Counted from the stretch's first letter, positions 21,637 to 35,303 are shown. The stretch is DNA of 55,764 nt from Alloascoidea hylecoeti (GCA_001600815.1 BCKZ01000029.1:124001-179764); one strand, 5' to 3'. Program-made: numbers and translations. Notes: a model not told the origin generated them from the sequence alone.

Positions 21637-22468
21637 TAATGATTTATAACTGAACGGTATATTTATATGTTTGATATAAATAGTTTTTCTTTTATATATA
21701 TATATATATATTTATAGCTATAATATGCTACTTATACTTAAGATTATTTTTGATATATCAACACATATTATGACCATATGCATCTAAGCCAATATATTCT
21801 ACAATTAAAAATTAGTGTACGTGACCGAGACGACTATTACGCGTACATAAAGCTTTACATATAATATTTATGTACCCGTATGTCTAAAACGTCAATTAAA
21901 GCTGTGGTATATTGTAGAAATCTCAGGACGTTTAAATAATGTACTATACCAGTTTTATTTGTATGTGTTTTTTGGTGTCTAATTCTGTTATATATGATAT
22001 TTCGAGTTTCATGAGGAGATATCGATGTTTAAATGTCATGACACAATGGCCGAACATGTAGTTTACCATATGGCCAAAATTAAGTGGAATGCCTGTAAAG
22101 TGTTACTTACACCTTAATTTCAATGAAATCTAGAGTAAAATAGAGAAAATATAAAGCAAAACCTTTTTTTAATACAACTATAGAATATTTATGGTAACAA
22201 TTTAGCTAATTAATTAATTAACTATGTATGAATGCGTATAAATAACACATTTTTTTCTGTTACTCCTTCTAATTTTTATTCAAAATTTCCAAGAATTTTT
22301 TATGCAAGAAACAAACAAATAAAGTGAAAGTCCATATAATGTTTGTGTATGTAAGTAATTATAAATATTAATAAAAAATTGTTAATTTAATGGTCATCAT
22401 TATGTTTTTTTAAATGTATTATAAAAATATACAAAATCACATAAATCAACTAACTTAAAGGAATGTAT

Positions 22469-23377
22469 TTAAGCAGTTGAAGGAGCATTACCTAAGAATC
22501 CAAAATTTCTTTCAACCTTCCAGTTACCTTCATCTTTCCATAATTCATTATAGGCAGAGAATCCAATACAGGCACTACCAGCAGCTTCGTTAATAGCTTT
22601 TAAGGCAGTTTTTTGTTCTTCGACACCTGGAACAGCATTGTTATAGGTATCTCCTTTCCATGGCCAACCAGTTTCCATAACTACAACATCTTTGGCATGA
22701 CCTTGTTCGTTACAGAAAGACCAGACAGCTTGAATATGACTAAGAACGTATTCACCAGCATTGGCAGCAGTTGAATTATCAAAGTATGGATGAGAGTTGG
22801 TACCAATATAATCAACATATTCACAGAGCTCTGGGTTACCGTAGAAAGAAGAAACGGTATCACAAGTAATAATTTTACCTGGGAAAGTTGTTAAATGGTC
22901 TCTAGCCCATTGAATATATTGACCTACTTGAGCGGCAGTTGCCCAACCATTGTAAACTAATTCATTACCGACAACTACAGTATCGACAACATTATTGAAT
23001 TCATAACCAGCAAGACCAACACTTGTTTCAATTGAATTAAGGTCTTCTTGGATAGTATCTGAAGAAGTAATTGAGTTGACAGCAACAATTAATTTTTGAT
23101 TAGAGACATCCATTGCTTCAAGAGCATATTGAACGACACTACAGCCATTTGAATAAAGACGAATGACTGAGAAAGATTTTAAAGCAGAGATATCTGTTTT
23201 AATTTGAGCTTCAGTTCTGCAGTTGTAGTTTTCATCATAAGGGGTATATGTGGTTCCCTTAAAGTTACTAACATAAGATGGGATGGTTACATCTCTCTTA
23301 ATGAGATCTGAATTAATATGGGCGGCGCTAGCCGAAAGAGCGAGTGATAATAAAGAGATAGTTGAGCGGAAGAGCAT
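22469..23377 (-). CDS. Secreted GH17 beta-1,3-glucanase/transglucosidase (Scw4/Scw10/Mp65-like)
   Basis: Signal peptide plus Kex2 site LIKR; TYTPY..N.CR, IRLYS, VGNE, NSHPYFD, ETGWP.KG. Confidence 0.9.
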   Translation of the reverse strand: MLFRSTISLLSLALSASAAHINSDLIKRDVTIPSYVSNFKGTTYTPYDENYNCRTEAQIKTDISALKSFSVIRLYSNGCSVVQYALEAMDVSNQKLIVAVNSITSSDTIQEDLNSIETSVGLAGYEFNNVVDTVVVGNELVYNGWATAAQVGQYIQWARDHLTTFPGKIITCDTVSSFYGNPELCEYVDYIGTNSHPYFDNSTAANAGEYVLSHIQAVWSFCNEQGHAKDVVVMETGWPWKGDTYNNAVPGVEEQKTALKAINEAAGSACIGFSAYNELWKDEGNWKVERNFGFLGNAPSTA

Positions 23378-24734
23378 TATTAAAATGAGCGAATGAATGT
23401 GTCTTGCAGAAGAAAGTCTACAAAAAAAGGAGCGAAGAAGTACTTCTTATATTTAAAAATTATCTGGTGGGTTTTGAACATCCTCGGCGCCTTGGAATTT
23501 TGTTCCACTGGGCAATGGGCACTGCTAGCATTTGAAATGGTTACTTGAAATAATTATAATTACAATAATTAGGTGAAGAATTCTCGCTTACTGCAATTAT
23601 TTATAACTACTTGAGCTTAAATTTAAAACTAAAACAATACCGTTGGTTTTTATCAGGCAACAGGCGGAATTTAAGAAATCAAAAAACATTATTACGATCG
23701 AGTATTTAATTCTTGTTCCTTGAAATCCTTGAAAGATCTAGGCCAGGTGTACGTGATAGAATACGTCGATTTTTCTTCTCTCATCAATACTCCATATGTT
23801 TTGCTATATCTAATCGGAACACTTTTCAATCACATTTACTTAGATAATCAAGGAAAAGTTTAACTGTTTCAAGCTTCAGTATGATTCAATTCTAAAGTAA
23901 TATGTTTCAGTTATGAACTTATGATTTAATGCATCCGTCCAGCTTAGCAGATCGCATAAGTCACATCCGAGCTCATTTTTGATGCCCCTTCTATCATACG
24001 TGAATTTTTAACCAATATTTGCAATTGATTTTAAGCAAATCTAATGACTTTCAAGCAAAAATTGCATGTATCTAATAAATGTTAATTTATTTGGATCCAA
24101 AGGCTTAGCTACAATAACAACTGTAGAGCTACAAAGGGATACCGGTATAAGCGTTAAGTATACATGTATAGTCAAATCACTTCAGTGAGGGAAAACACAA
24201 AATGATTTAGTCGCCAGGGAAAAATTATAATCGTCGATTTTAAATATTAATTATCGAAAATTTAATAAATTATTTTCGTATATTTAAGACGATTAATTCG
24301 TTCCCTAGATGAGAGAATTCGTGATAAGTCATTAAAACTTGCAACAAATGATTAAATCAATTCAAGCAGTCTGGAAAATAGTGCTCACAAGAACAAGATC
24401 TAATTAGTTAAAGTATATAATAACACATTCTATCAGTTGACCGGAATTTATTTAACCACAAAGGAATGTAAGTGGCCAGTTTAGTTTTTTAATCTATTAA
24501 AAACCGCCAATATTCATGAACAAACTAATCAAATTAATTATGAAAAAAACAAATATTCAAACTAATTTGAATTGCACCATAACTTTATATTTCAATAATA
24601 TTTGAAATGCTTTTATATTGTAGCATTCACAATATGGTCAATGTATCTTTTAATTAGTTTGACGATTTACCTGAGGTACTATCACAACCGAATAGACCAG
24701 GTCAACTGAATACTGGTGAAGTCTGTTTAAATAT

Positions 24735-25148
24735 CCAAAAGACAACCTACATAAACTGGATAAATAACTAGGAAAGGAGTTTTCCAATAAAAATAAAATG
24801 TGAAATTTTTACGAAAAATTAGTTCATTTGGAAACGAAACAATATGGGAGACATTTGCTAGAATTCTTGAGGAGCGGTCACCAATTGATAGGTTTTAATT
24901 GTGTAATTTTCTTGCCTCTCCTATACTTAATTGTTTCATTTTGGGTTTAAGGGGCTCCAACTGGCTCCAACTGTTTATTGATCTCTCTTTGAAATTCTTC
25001 TCCATCTGCCATCTACCAAATGTCCGCATATCGGCGGGGTCACTTTCGTTTCCAAAAGAACTAGTTTTTCATAAAAATTTCACATTTGATCTGTATTAGA
25101 AAACACCTTTCCTAATTATCCATCCAGTTTATGCAGTTTGTCTTTTGG
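24735..25148. repeat. 105-bp inverted repeat (arms 24735-24839 and 25044-25148) with a 204-bp spacer
   Basis: Ungapped manual alignment of arm 1 with the reverse complement of arm 2 gives 92/105 identity. Confidence 0.9.
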
Positions 25149-26258
25149 TAGTGTATCCATGGATAGTAGATACAAACTTTACCAACATAATATAATCATA
25201 TTGCACGTCTTCTTGAACTTCTAGATGATTAATGGCGTTCTTGATCTGATCTTTAATGGTGGGTGAAGGGTGCTCCTTTTATAGCATTTGATATAGCAGA
25301 ATATTAATGAAGAGCAACATAAAATGAAATTGCAATTGTAGAATTTCACCCTTTAAGGAACTAGGATTCTCCAACATAATCCTTTTAACTTTATCCCCAC
25401 TTTTTATGTTATGCGTTTATGATAAAATTAACTTTAGAGTACATGTATTGTATAACATGTCAACTAACATCGAATCCCAATCCCTAATCGCCAGGAAGGA
25501 AAAACTGTCTTTCTCCAACGAATTCTTACAATCAGGAAATCTTACAATCAGGAAATGTTTCCAATGGCTTCTTTGGACCAGCTGTTTTTGGAAGATCGAC
25601 TTTGGATATGTTTATCATGATGTTTGATATAATCTGATTAAAGTGTCGTACAATCACGAAACTTTACGCGGTATGCGGTACGCGTAATCGTATATTTATT
25701 CTTGACGCGTTTTTCTACATTTGTAAAGTATTTGTTATGAACGAATGTCTACTTTTATCTAAGGATTATTCTAAACTAATAACAAACGGAAAAAATATAG
25801 AGCTGTATGTGTATTTCTAAACATAACAAGATTTGATTAGGTGCGATATCTAACATTAACATTTCGTTTAAGCGTCAAATTAAAAATATATTCCCTCCTA
25901 AAGTTTAATAAGCTTATATTTGGTAGTTTGAGGTTATAAATATTTTTGAATATATTATGTATTTTAATTGATATTTGTTTATAAGTATTCGCAATATTAA
26001 TTGAGCATGAAGTGTTGAAGTTTGCATTTATAATGAATATAATTTGCTTGGTAGCTAGAAAATTTCGGTTTGTGTTCGACTGATTGAAATTCATTAATTA
26101 TACCATAAATATAAGTATCTACTACAGATTTACATTTAAATAGTTTATAGAAATGCTATAATATTATCTATTATATGATAATATACAAAAATATTTAATA
26201 CTTAATACCTGATATATAGAAATGAATTTAAATGATGCCAAACAAATATAATGTTGCA

Positions 26259-26263
<5 letters not shown>

Positions 26264-26293
<30 letters not shown>
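26264..26293. repeat. (TAA)10 microsatellite
   Basis: Seen directly; it accounts for the poly-Tyr in spurious ORF 26164-26379. Confidence 0.95.
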
Positions 26294-26295
<2 letters not shown>

Positions 26296-26414
26296 TAATA
26301 AAAAGACGAAGACGTGATAGTAATAACAATGATATAATAAATAAAACCTGAAAAAATACAATGTGATTAAGAATTTCAAATAAGGTAATAACGCAATATA
26401 GTATCGTTGGTTAT

Positions 26415-27536
26415 TTAAACCATATCAAAAACTCTTCGATCTAAATTATTTCGCGGATAATAATCATTAATTTGTTGTAGTTGTGATTTTGAACTTATTG
26501 ATAATGGAAGTATTGAATCTGTATTAATTTTTTCATCTAATTCAATTATTGGAGTAACCGAACGAGTTTTTGAAGGTGTTTGTGTTTGTGGTTGAGGAAC
26601 TGTTATTTTTTCAATCTCAGATGTTATTTTAGCATCAAAATCAGTGATTATTTTAAAAGCAGAACCCCAAAATGAAGAACGTTTTTCTGTTGAAGAGGAA
26701 GATGAAGATGAAGACTTTGGAATTGGAATTGGATTTGACTCTATTTGTTGATCTATTGTCACATTTGACTTTCGACTTTCTTCTGGGGTATTTAAATGAA
26801 TTGAAGGAGTACTTGCTGAAGTTGAAGTTGAAGTTGATACAGGTGTGAGAAAAGAAGAAGGATTTTGGTTTTCATTAAAATTCGATTGTAATTCTAATTG
26901 TGGTTTTAGATCAAGATGTAATTTTGGTTGATTATCATGAACCCACTCTTGTACTTCTACTTGTGTTTGAACTTGTTTCTTTTCTTGGATTTCAACTCTC
27001 ACTTTAGTAACTTCATTTCTTAAACTTAAATACAAGGATTTTTCCGCTTTTTGCCTTAAGAAAGCCATTTCATTCTCTTCAATTCGTAATTGATTGGTTA
27101 ATTCCGAGATTTGATTTTTTAAATCCAAAATACGCATTTCTTTAATTGCCAATAATCTAACATCATGTTCTGTTGTGTTCAATATTGATGTTTCAGAAGT
27201 TTCATTTGTTTCTGGAGATGTCGGGACTGTATCAATAGTACTCGAACTTAAGGCGGTACAATTTGAGGAGGACCGCGATTGTAGCGAAGGTGGGGTAAGA
27301 ACGGAACAATCGTAAGGAGGAGATAAAGATAGTTGATGTCTATGATTATAAGTTGACCTTGGGCTGATAGAATCCATTTGTGAGGATTTTGATAGAGACA
27401 AAGCCCTCGAACGAGTTCTTGCGTGATTCATATTGGATGAAACAATCGGTGAGGCAAGATTCAAGTTGAGACCCATTTTTGATGGACGTCTACGATGCGA
27501 CGACCACTCAGAAGAAGGAGTAATATTGGCAGACAT
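26415..27536 (-). CDS. TDA11: Ser-rich coiled-coil protein, Tda11-like
   Basis: 373-aa ORF with coiled coil LLAIKEMRILDLKNQI...EENEM..LR and a S.WGS.F...DFD motif. It is divergent from the kelch gene, as recalled for TDA11/KEL1 in S. cerevisiae. Confidence 0.6.
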   Translation of the reverse strand: MSANITPSSEWSSHRRRPSKMGLNLNLASPIVSSNMNHARTRSRALSLSKSSQMDSISPRSTYNHRHQLSLSPPYDCSVLTPPSLQSRSSSNCTALSSSTIDTVPTSPETNETSETSILNTTEHDVRLLAIKEMRILDLKNQISELTNQLRIEENEMAFLRQKAEKSLYLSLRNEVTKVRVEIQEKKQVQTQVEVQEWVHDNQPKLHLDLKPQLELQSNFNENQNPSSFLTPVSTSTSTSASTPSIHLNTPEESRKSNVTIDQQIESNPIPIPKSSSSSSSSTEKRSSFWGSAFKIITDFDAKITSEIEKITVPQPQTQTPSKTRSVTPIIELDEKINTDSILPLSISSKSQLQQINDYYPRNNLDRRVFDMV

Positions 27537-27755
27537 CTGAATAACAACGTAGATATCAACAAATAAATATATATATGAAAGAATGTGAATAAGAATAACA
27601 ATAAAAACTACGAATGACTACGGGACTAAACATTTAACTTCAAACGCTCCTGCAGACCACGTGAATGAAAGACACCCTGACATCCGCGTCTTGTCAACTC
27701 GCAAACCTCCTTCAACACATTAATATTTCCAGCCTCTTATAATAGCCTCTTCAAA

Positions 27756-30700
27756 ATGTTTTCCAAATATAGAAAACATAAAAGGGATAAAAAGGATAAA
27801 AAGTCAAAAGATGGTATGGTTGAATCTTCTTCAGATTTAACTTCTGCTCATACCATTTCTTCGGAAAATTTAAAAGAAAAAGATAAATATAATAATAATT
27901 CCATTACTTCGGCTTCAAGTTCTGCTCCAACTGCTGAAGTTCAAAAATATTTGTCAAGTCCTTCGGTTAATTCAGAACCAATGGTCGGTGGCTATCCAAG
28001 AATTCAAGGCTCAAATCCAAATCTTGCTTCAACACCTCAAACAACAAATTATCCCTCGGGGTCAGGATCTGGCTCGGGTGTAAATCCAAATACGAACACA
28101 GGTTCGAGTCCTGGACATGCGAACGTTCCTAGCAACGGAACTCACGATTCGACATCTTCAACACGTTCGCCTTTAGCTAATATGTTACCATCTCCATCTG
28201 TTTCAAATCGGTCGACTAATACCCCTTGGTCACGTTTACGCGTCGCAAAGACTCCGTTCCCAAGATATAGACACGCTGCTTGTAATCTCGCTGCTACTGA
28301 TGGTGAATTATACATGATCGGTGGGTTACAGGATGGATCTGTTTATGGAGATACTTGGAGTATTGATGTCAATAGAGGAACTGCAGAGTTGATTGAAAGT
28401 TATGAGGGTGTTCCTGCTCCAAGAGTTGGTCATAGTTGTGTTTTATTGGGAAATGCTTTTATAGGTATGTTTTCTATTCATGTTCTTTGAAAAATTACGT
28501 TACTAACTAATCTTGTTTTAGTATTTGGCGGTGACACAATTAAATCTTCTCCTTCCGGAGATTTAGATAATGATTTATACCTCTTAAATATAAATACTCA
28601 TAAATGGACAATCCCACAACCAATAGGTCCAAGACCAGCAGGTCGTTATGGTCATACATTAGGTATTGTATCAATATCAAATGTCGAATCTAAATTATAT
28701 GTTTATGGTGGTCAATTAGATGAAAAGATCTTCGATGATTTAATAATGTTTGATTTATCAACTTTTAGAAGACCTGATTCTCATTGGGAAATAATTGAAA
28801 CATCAAATGGCTTAAAACCGCCATCACGTACAAATCATACAATGGTTACATTTAATAATAAAATTTATATTTATGGTGGTAGTGATGGTTGGAAATTACA
28901 TGATGATATTTGGTTTTATGATCCTTTAAAAAATCAATGGCAAAAATTAAATGTTTTTGGCCAATTACCTCAACCAACTGAAGAACATTCAGCATGTGTT
29001 TTAAATAATTATATGTTTATATATGGTGGTAAAACATCAAATGGTTTAAAAACAAATCAATTTGCAAAATTAAATTTAATTACTGGTGAATGGAAAATCT
29101 TATCAAATTTAACTGGTTTAAATCCTGGTCCAAGATGTGGTCATTCAATGACTACTTTAGATAATCACAGATTAGTTATAATGGGTGGTGATTTTGTTAA
29201 AACTGATGAGAGATCAGGTGTTGAAGATATTAATGGTAGGTCTGTTTTTATATTGGATACTTTATTAATTGATGATCCATTAGCTTCTTCTCCAAAATCT
29301 TCAATTTCAAATTCTATTTCAACTTCTAATAATTCTCAATTAAAACAACAGCAAATGCTTGGTTTTAATGGGAATGGGATTGGAAATACCCAAAATCAAC
29401 AAAATCGGTCGATTTCTGGAACTCCTGTTATTAATACGAAACAAGAAGAACCCCTTCCTTCTATCCCTAATAATAACGAGCCACCATCTTCGATAAATGA
29501 TGAAACAACAAGTGTTGACTCTTCACCAGAAAATGATTCAAATCATGATAATGAACCTGATGCTGATGTTGATACCGATGTCGACGCCGATGCTGATGAT
29601 GAATTACCCCTCCCACCACCAAAATTAAATAATGAGACTGATGGATCACAAACACCCGTTGATTCACCAGTTACTTCAATTGATGAATATACACCACCAC
29701 AATCTCGTAATATTGGAGGAGATTTAAGTCCAATGAGTTTTGCTGAACAAGCATTAAGGAGAGAATCTGGTGCTACTGCTTTAGTTGCTTCTTATGGTGA
29801 TACAACCGATGATGAAAGTGATAATCATAATCATATCACTGATAATCATTATGATTTTGAACCTCATTTAAATGAAAAATCTTTAGATCAAACACATGAT
29901 GAAAATGAAGAACTTCCAAATGAAAATGAAAATGAACATCAAAATGAACATCCAAATGAACATTTAGATGAACATTTAAATGAAAATATAAATGATAATT
30001 CAAAAGATGATAATAATAACTTCCTTAATAATAATATGATTTCAAATAATGAAAGTATTTCAAAATCAAGTTTTCAAACAACTGATTCTGAAAAAGCTGA
30101 ATTATTATTATTATTACAATCATTAAAGAAACAATTAGATTCATTACGTAATTCAAGTCAAACAGCAGCTGTTGAAGCATCAGAAAAAATCAGACAAATT
30201 GAAGAAGAAAAAAATCTCTTAATTAAACAATTGGATGAAAAATCATCATCACCAACAAATAATAATGGTATTAGTGAACGTGGTTTAAATAATGATGAAG
30301 ATGAAGATTCAAATGATAAATTAATTAATTTAAAGAATGAATTACTAAAAAAGCAAGAAGAATTAGATTTAGTTAAATCAAATTTTGATGAACAATTGAA
30401 AAATAATGAATTGATTAATAAAAAAAATAAAAAAAATGAATCTGAAGTATTTGTTACACGTGAAGCTTTAATTAATGCAGAATCTGAATTAGAAGAATTA
30501 AAGAAACAATTAATTAATCATAATAATAATGATGGTGAAAATAATAATAGAGGTGGTAATATTGAAGAAATCGAATCATTACAAAATGAATTAGATGAAA
30601 TTAAAGAACAATTAATTGATCAAAAATATAATGCAGAACAAATTGTTAATTTAAATTCCGAAATTATAAATTTAAATTCAAAATTAAAAAATGAAGAAAA

Positions 30701-32066
30701 TTTGAAATTAAAATTTCAAAATGAAATTGAAAATTTAAATAATCAATTAATAATAATTAAAAATGAATTATTTTTAAAAAATAATGAATCATCAAAAAAT
30801 TTATTAAATAATGATAATAATAATAGACAAATATTATTTGATTTAAATTTAAAATATGAAAGTGAAACAACAAAAAGAATTTCTACTGAAAATCAATTAT
30901 TAATTTTAAAAAATGAAAATGAAAAATTAAAATCAAAATTAATTAAATTTGAACCATTAATTGATGATAAATTAAATGGTTTAGAAGAATCTTCAAATGC
31001 TTTAAAATCAATTACTGAAAGGTCTATTGTTTTGGAAGAACAATTAATAAATTCAAATGATATTAGATTAAAATTAGAAGAAACTGTTAAAGGTTTACAA
31101 AATGAATTAAATGAACATCGAAATTCAATGTTTAAAGAAGAAGAATTATTAAAATCGAGAGAATTAACTCAAGATGCTAAATCAAGTGCTGCTATTGCTG
31201 CTGAAAATTTGGCAACAATTGTTGCACTTTGGTCGAAAAAGAAAGGTAAAAAAGTTTCTAATGGTGATGTTGGTACAGATCGTGCAATTAATGATGAATC
31301 AGACGAAGAAGATGATGATCAAGAAGAAGAAGAAGTTGATAAGGAACATTATAATGAATTACAAAAACAAGTTGAAGATCTTGTTCATCTTACTGAAGCA
31401 CAACGTGATAATCATATAAAAGCACAAACTGAATTATCAAATGCAATTGATGATCTTGAATCAATTAGAAATCAAAATATAAATCTTTCAACGGAATTAT
31501 CAACAAAAGATGAGGAATTAACAACAATTCGTTCAAAATTAAATGAATTAGATAATATTAAATCTGCAAATGATACATTACATGATAATTATCGTGATGC
31601 AATTCAATCAGTTAGAAATACAAGTAGAGCTTTAACAATAACTCGTGAAGAATTATCTAAATATAAAGAAAAAACTTCACAACTTGAAAAAGAAATTGAA
31701 GACTTAAGATTTTATAAAGCATCAAATCGTTTTAATAAACAACATGATAGAAGAAGTGCAGGTGGTCCTACTTTGAATGGTTCAAGTACTCCAAATATGT
31801 CATTGGAAAATGGGGATGGATTTGAGACTCATGATACTGAACCAACTTCCGAAGAAGATGATGAAATAAATTTATCTGCTCATTATGATCTTCGTATTAG
31901 AGATTTACAAGCACAATTGATTATTGCTCAAGAAGAAAAAGAAGAATTACATAAGACTGTTAATACATTAAAGAGAAAATTATTACAGAATGGATTTAAT
32001 GCTGGCAGTGTTAGATCTCCATCATTGGATTATGATACTTTCTCAACTAACTCTAGTATTTCTTAA
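27756..32066 (+). CDS. KEL1: Kelch-repeat/coiled-coil polarity protein Kel1/Kel2 (Tea1-like); exons 27756-28464, 28522-32066
   Basis: PWSR...PFPRYRHAA, PAPRVGHS.VL.GNAFI|VFGGDT, P.GRYGH, PPSRTNHTMV, long coiled coil. Intron GTATGT..TACTAAC..TAG joins the two track ORFs. Confidence 0.9.
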
Positions 32067-32808
32067 AGAAAAGAAAGAATCCATATTGAAATTGAAAAAA
32101 AAGGTAAAAAAATAGTGGAAGATGTTGTTTTTTGAAATTGATTAACACTTATTTTTAATAGTTTTTGGTTATACGTTTTCAAAACATTCATTCGATATTT
32201 TAATTATATAATTTTGTTTTTTTGATTTATTAAGTAATTTTTCGTCTTTTGTTTTTCTTTTATAATTAGTATTTAAGTTAAGTTAAGTTTTGTTGTTAAT
32301 ATTATTACTATTAATATTGTTTATCATTATTGCAATTGTAATTGCCATTTATGTTTTTTTTGAAGTTCTTATACATATAATATTGTTTGAAACTTAATAT
32401 TAAAAGTAATGCCAATCCATTTTTATTCAAAAATAAAATGTTGTATGAATTCTTATAATGTACCCCTAGGCGAGAAATTTGCATCAGTGAATTGCAAAAC
32501 CAAAAGCTTTAACTAACAAATCGAGCTCGAGGCTTCATACTTGGAAGACGGTAGTCACCAGTATATTCAGGCACACTCTGTTTAAGCAACCTTCCTAGTT
32601 TCTTTTTTTCTTTTGCCGTTGTATCGTGATATTGGTTTTACAGTTATTATTAAATTAAAGGGGATGAAATATTACATTATAAACCTTTAAATTTGTTGTT
32701 TATCACTAATTACGTTAACGTTAAGTACTCATGAGACTGTCTAATTGTGACAATAATCCATTACCACTGTATTGCAAAATTTCATATTATATCAATATAT
32801 ATACCAAT

Positions 32809-33762
32809 TTATTTCTTTTCATCATTAGAATTTTTAACTTCATCAATTTTTAACCCTGTTGATTTTGCAACTGCTTCCCTAGTACAATCAACTCCACGTT
32901 TAACTATATTTGTTGTATTTGTATATGTAACTTGAGTTTTCTTAATCCCAGATACCGTCTTATCATAAATCCATTGATGTGTATTGGAAACAACAGGTAC
33001 TAATTTTTCAATTTCCCAACTTAAAGCAGCAATATTTGAAGATGTTTTTGGTAAGAAATATTTAATAGCAATAAAACCAAGAGTAAAAGGTGCTAATGCT
33101 CTCAACATAATCCCTCTTCTTCTAGTAATAACAGATCCAGCAATAACACCCACAATTCCATATAATGCACCAGGTAAAATATCCTCATTATCATCTCTTA
33201 ATTCGGCTAATGTTGTGCTTACACTTTTTTCTATACCATAATATTCATTAAAATAAGTGTCTAATTGTTGTTCACCATTTGATACTTTACCTGCAGTCCA
33301 TTCTCTTGCTTTTTTAATTTCACCTTCTAATGATGATGGGGATCGAACAGTTACTCCGGAAATAATTTTTGGAGGTTTTAATGTCTTAATATCATCAGGA
33401 GTTGGTGATAGAATCGTCCCTGGAATTGGAGTTGTGAATTCTTCATCTTCATTTTCATAAAATACTCGTTTACTCTATGTTGCAATTTAAATTTATTGTT
33501 AATATGTTATATTATTAATTGAATTATCTCCATCCTTTTTTGATTCTAACTCTTATTCTCAAAATTTGTAATATTTCATTTTTAACATACATCAGCAAAA
33601 GCAACGGGAATCGAAGCATATAACCCACCAAGTGTTAAAACAGAAGGACAAACAATCTATAGTCATAAATTAGTAACGTTCAGTTGCTTTATTATTGTCA
33701 TTTTTCGTATGGAAATGCGCATCACATACCTTGAATGCTTTGGTTCCTAATCTTGCTGCCAT
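32809..33762 (-). CDS. MIC26: MICOS subunit Mic26 (ApoO family); exons 33762-33730, 33656-33591, 33474-32809
   Basis: Spliced MAARLGTKAFK|IVCPSVL..AFAD|SKRVFYE..; VRSPSSLE..I..AR; ILPGALY..VG..AGSVITRRRG..LR..AP...G.....YFLP.T. Two GTATGT..TAG introns. Confidence 0.85.
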
Positions 33763-33965
33763 GATGAAAGATGATGGGACCAATAGAAAGATCTTGAATA
33801 GACCAACTAGTGATTTCTCGATATTTGGAGACATCGTTACCCGGAGTTTGGACGATATTACTTTTTAATTTTTACCGGTGAAAACATGTAAAACTTCCGG
33901 AGTCTTATCGGGGCAATCCATCTTTCATCCCCGATCCAAAAAAAGGCAGTCACCACTCTACAAGT

Positions 33966-34585
33966 ATGAACACCAAACCAAAATCAAACAGGGAATTTTC
34001 TGTTCCAGACTACTTATTTGATGAAGATATGTCTTCTACTTGGTCGGAGATGACTCCTATTGAGTCTGTTGTTGATAATGATTCTGCCGGCCAGAATGTA
34101 TATATATTCGAATCGCCTCTTGAAATTGTTGAGCTAAAGGACATAGAGTCTTATGGAGGTATTCATAACTATGTCGACTCTGTCAAATGTAATGCAGAAG
34201 CTCTTGGGTCATTGGAAGAACACCTTGATTATAAAATATCGGAAGTATCTTCTTCCCAACGAAAAACCTTCATATTTTACGATCAATAATCTTAAATAGT
34301 TTATCAAAAGAAGTTTCAATAATTATTAGAAATTCAAAAACAATTAATGAAATTATTAAATGTTTAATCGAAAGATATGGATTTGGTTTACAAAATTCAT
34401 TTGAAATTTATGAATGTTCTGCGGATGCAAAAATCAATAACAGAGACATTAAACAACTACTAGAAGAACAACAACTACTAGATGAACAAAAACAACGTCA
34501 ACAACTACAAAAAGAACTACAACATCTACAACAACAGCACCATCGTCAACAAGGAGGAAAACTGCAACAACAATATCAATATTGA
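33966..34585 (+). pseudogene. Frameshifted Ty1/copia gag-like ORF (or orphan gene with a 1-bp indel)
   Basis: ORF 33966-34289 overlaps a -1 frame open 34235-34585 reading LRSIILNSLSKEVSIIIRNSKTINEIIKCLIERYG..., which resembles copia gag. One extra A in GAAAAAC (34261-34267) would fuse them. Confidence 0.5.
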
Positions 34586-35303
34586 TGAATAATTACATTT
34601 ACAACCTGAATATATAACAGAAGCATGGAGATTATTTGAGTTTGAAAGTAGGACTGTTCCAAGTGCCAAGGGGAGAAGACAAGGTGGAGAGGGTGATGGT
34701 TTTATGTTCCGATAAATTGTTAAATTGCTTTAATTCTTTTTTTTTTTTTAATTTAAATTGTATTGTATAGGTACTATGGTACTGATTCTATTTACATATA
34801 TATTCTAATAATGACCGTTAATGATATAATGTATTGCTTAAATGCTAGGTAGCCAAATTTTACAACTAACCAACTCTTGTACAATTTTATGTGTGGTACC
34901 AAATTGTGTAACTAATTCATTTGATTTTTGAAATGCTTTAAGATTTACAATGGAACGTTTGAATAACTTTTTTTCCTCCTTTGGGGGTTCTTTGATTGGT
35001 ATAATAAGGTGTGTTTGTTGGCTGCTATGGCCTGTTTACGCGCTTTGTTTGCTTGTTTAGTCTGATTAAATACTTCCCTTAACATTAAAGTAATAAATTA
35101 AAGGCTTTCACCTTGAGCAGTGAAATATTTAAAGAAATGCTAATGGTGTAAAACAACAATCAATCAAGAAAAGATTTTTTAAATAGTATTCATCGAATTT
35201 CAATACAAAGAACACTTGATTCATATACTCAATTAACAACACTATCATCATTAAAAAATAACATCAATAACAATAACAGTATATATATATATATATGATA
35301 CTG

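Noticed and set aside
26164..26379. Poly-Tyr ORF
   Set aside because: Artefact of the (TAA)n microsatellite.
23378..26414. 3-kb gene-free region as a centromere
   Set aside because: No CDEI-II-III pattern seen; the inverted repeat is far shorter than Komagataella-type arms; the region also has to hold the GH17 promoter.
28101..28111. GGTTCGAGTCC tRNA B-box-like motif
   Set aside because: Inside the KEL1 coding exon, with no cloverleaf. No tRNA or rRNA genes were recognised in the window.
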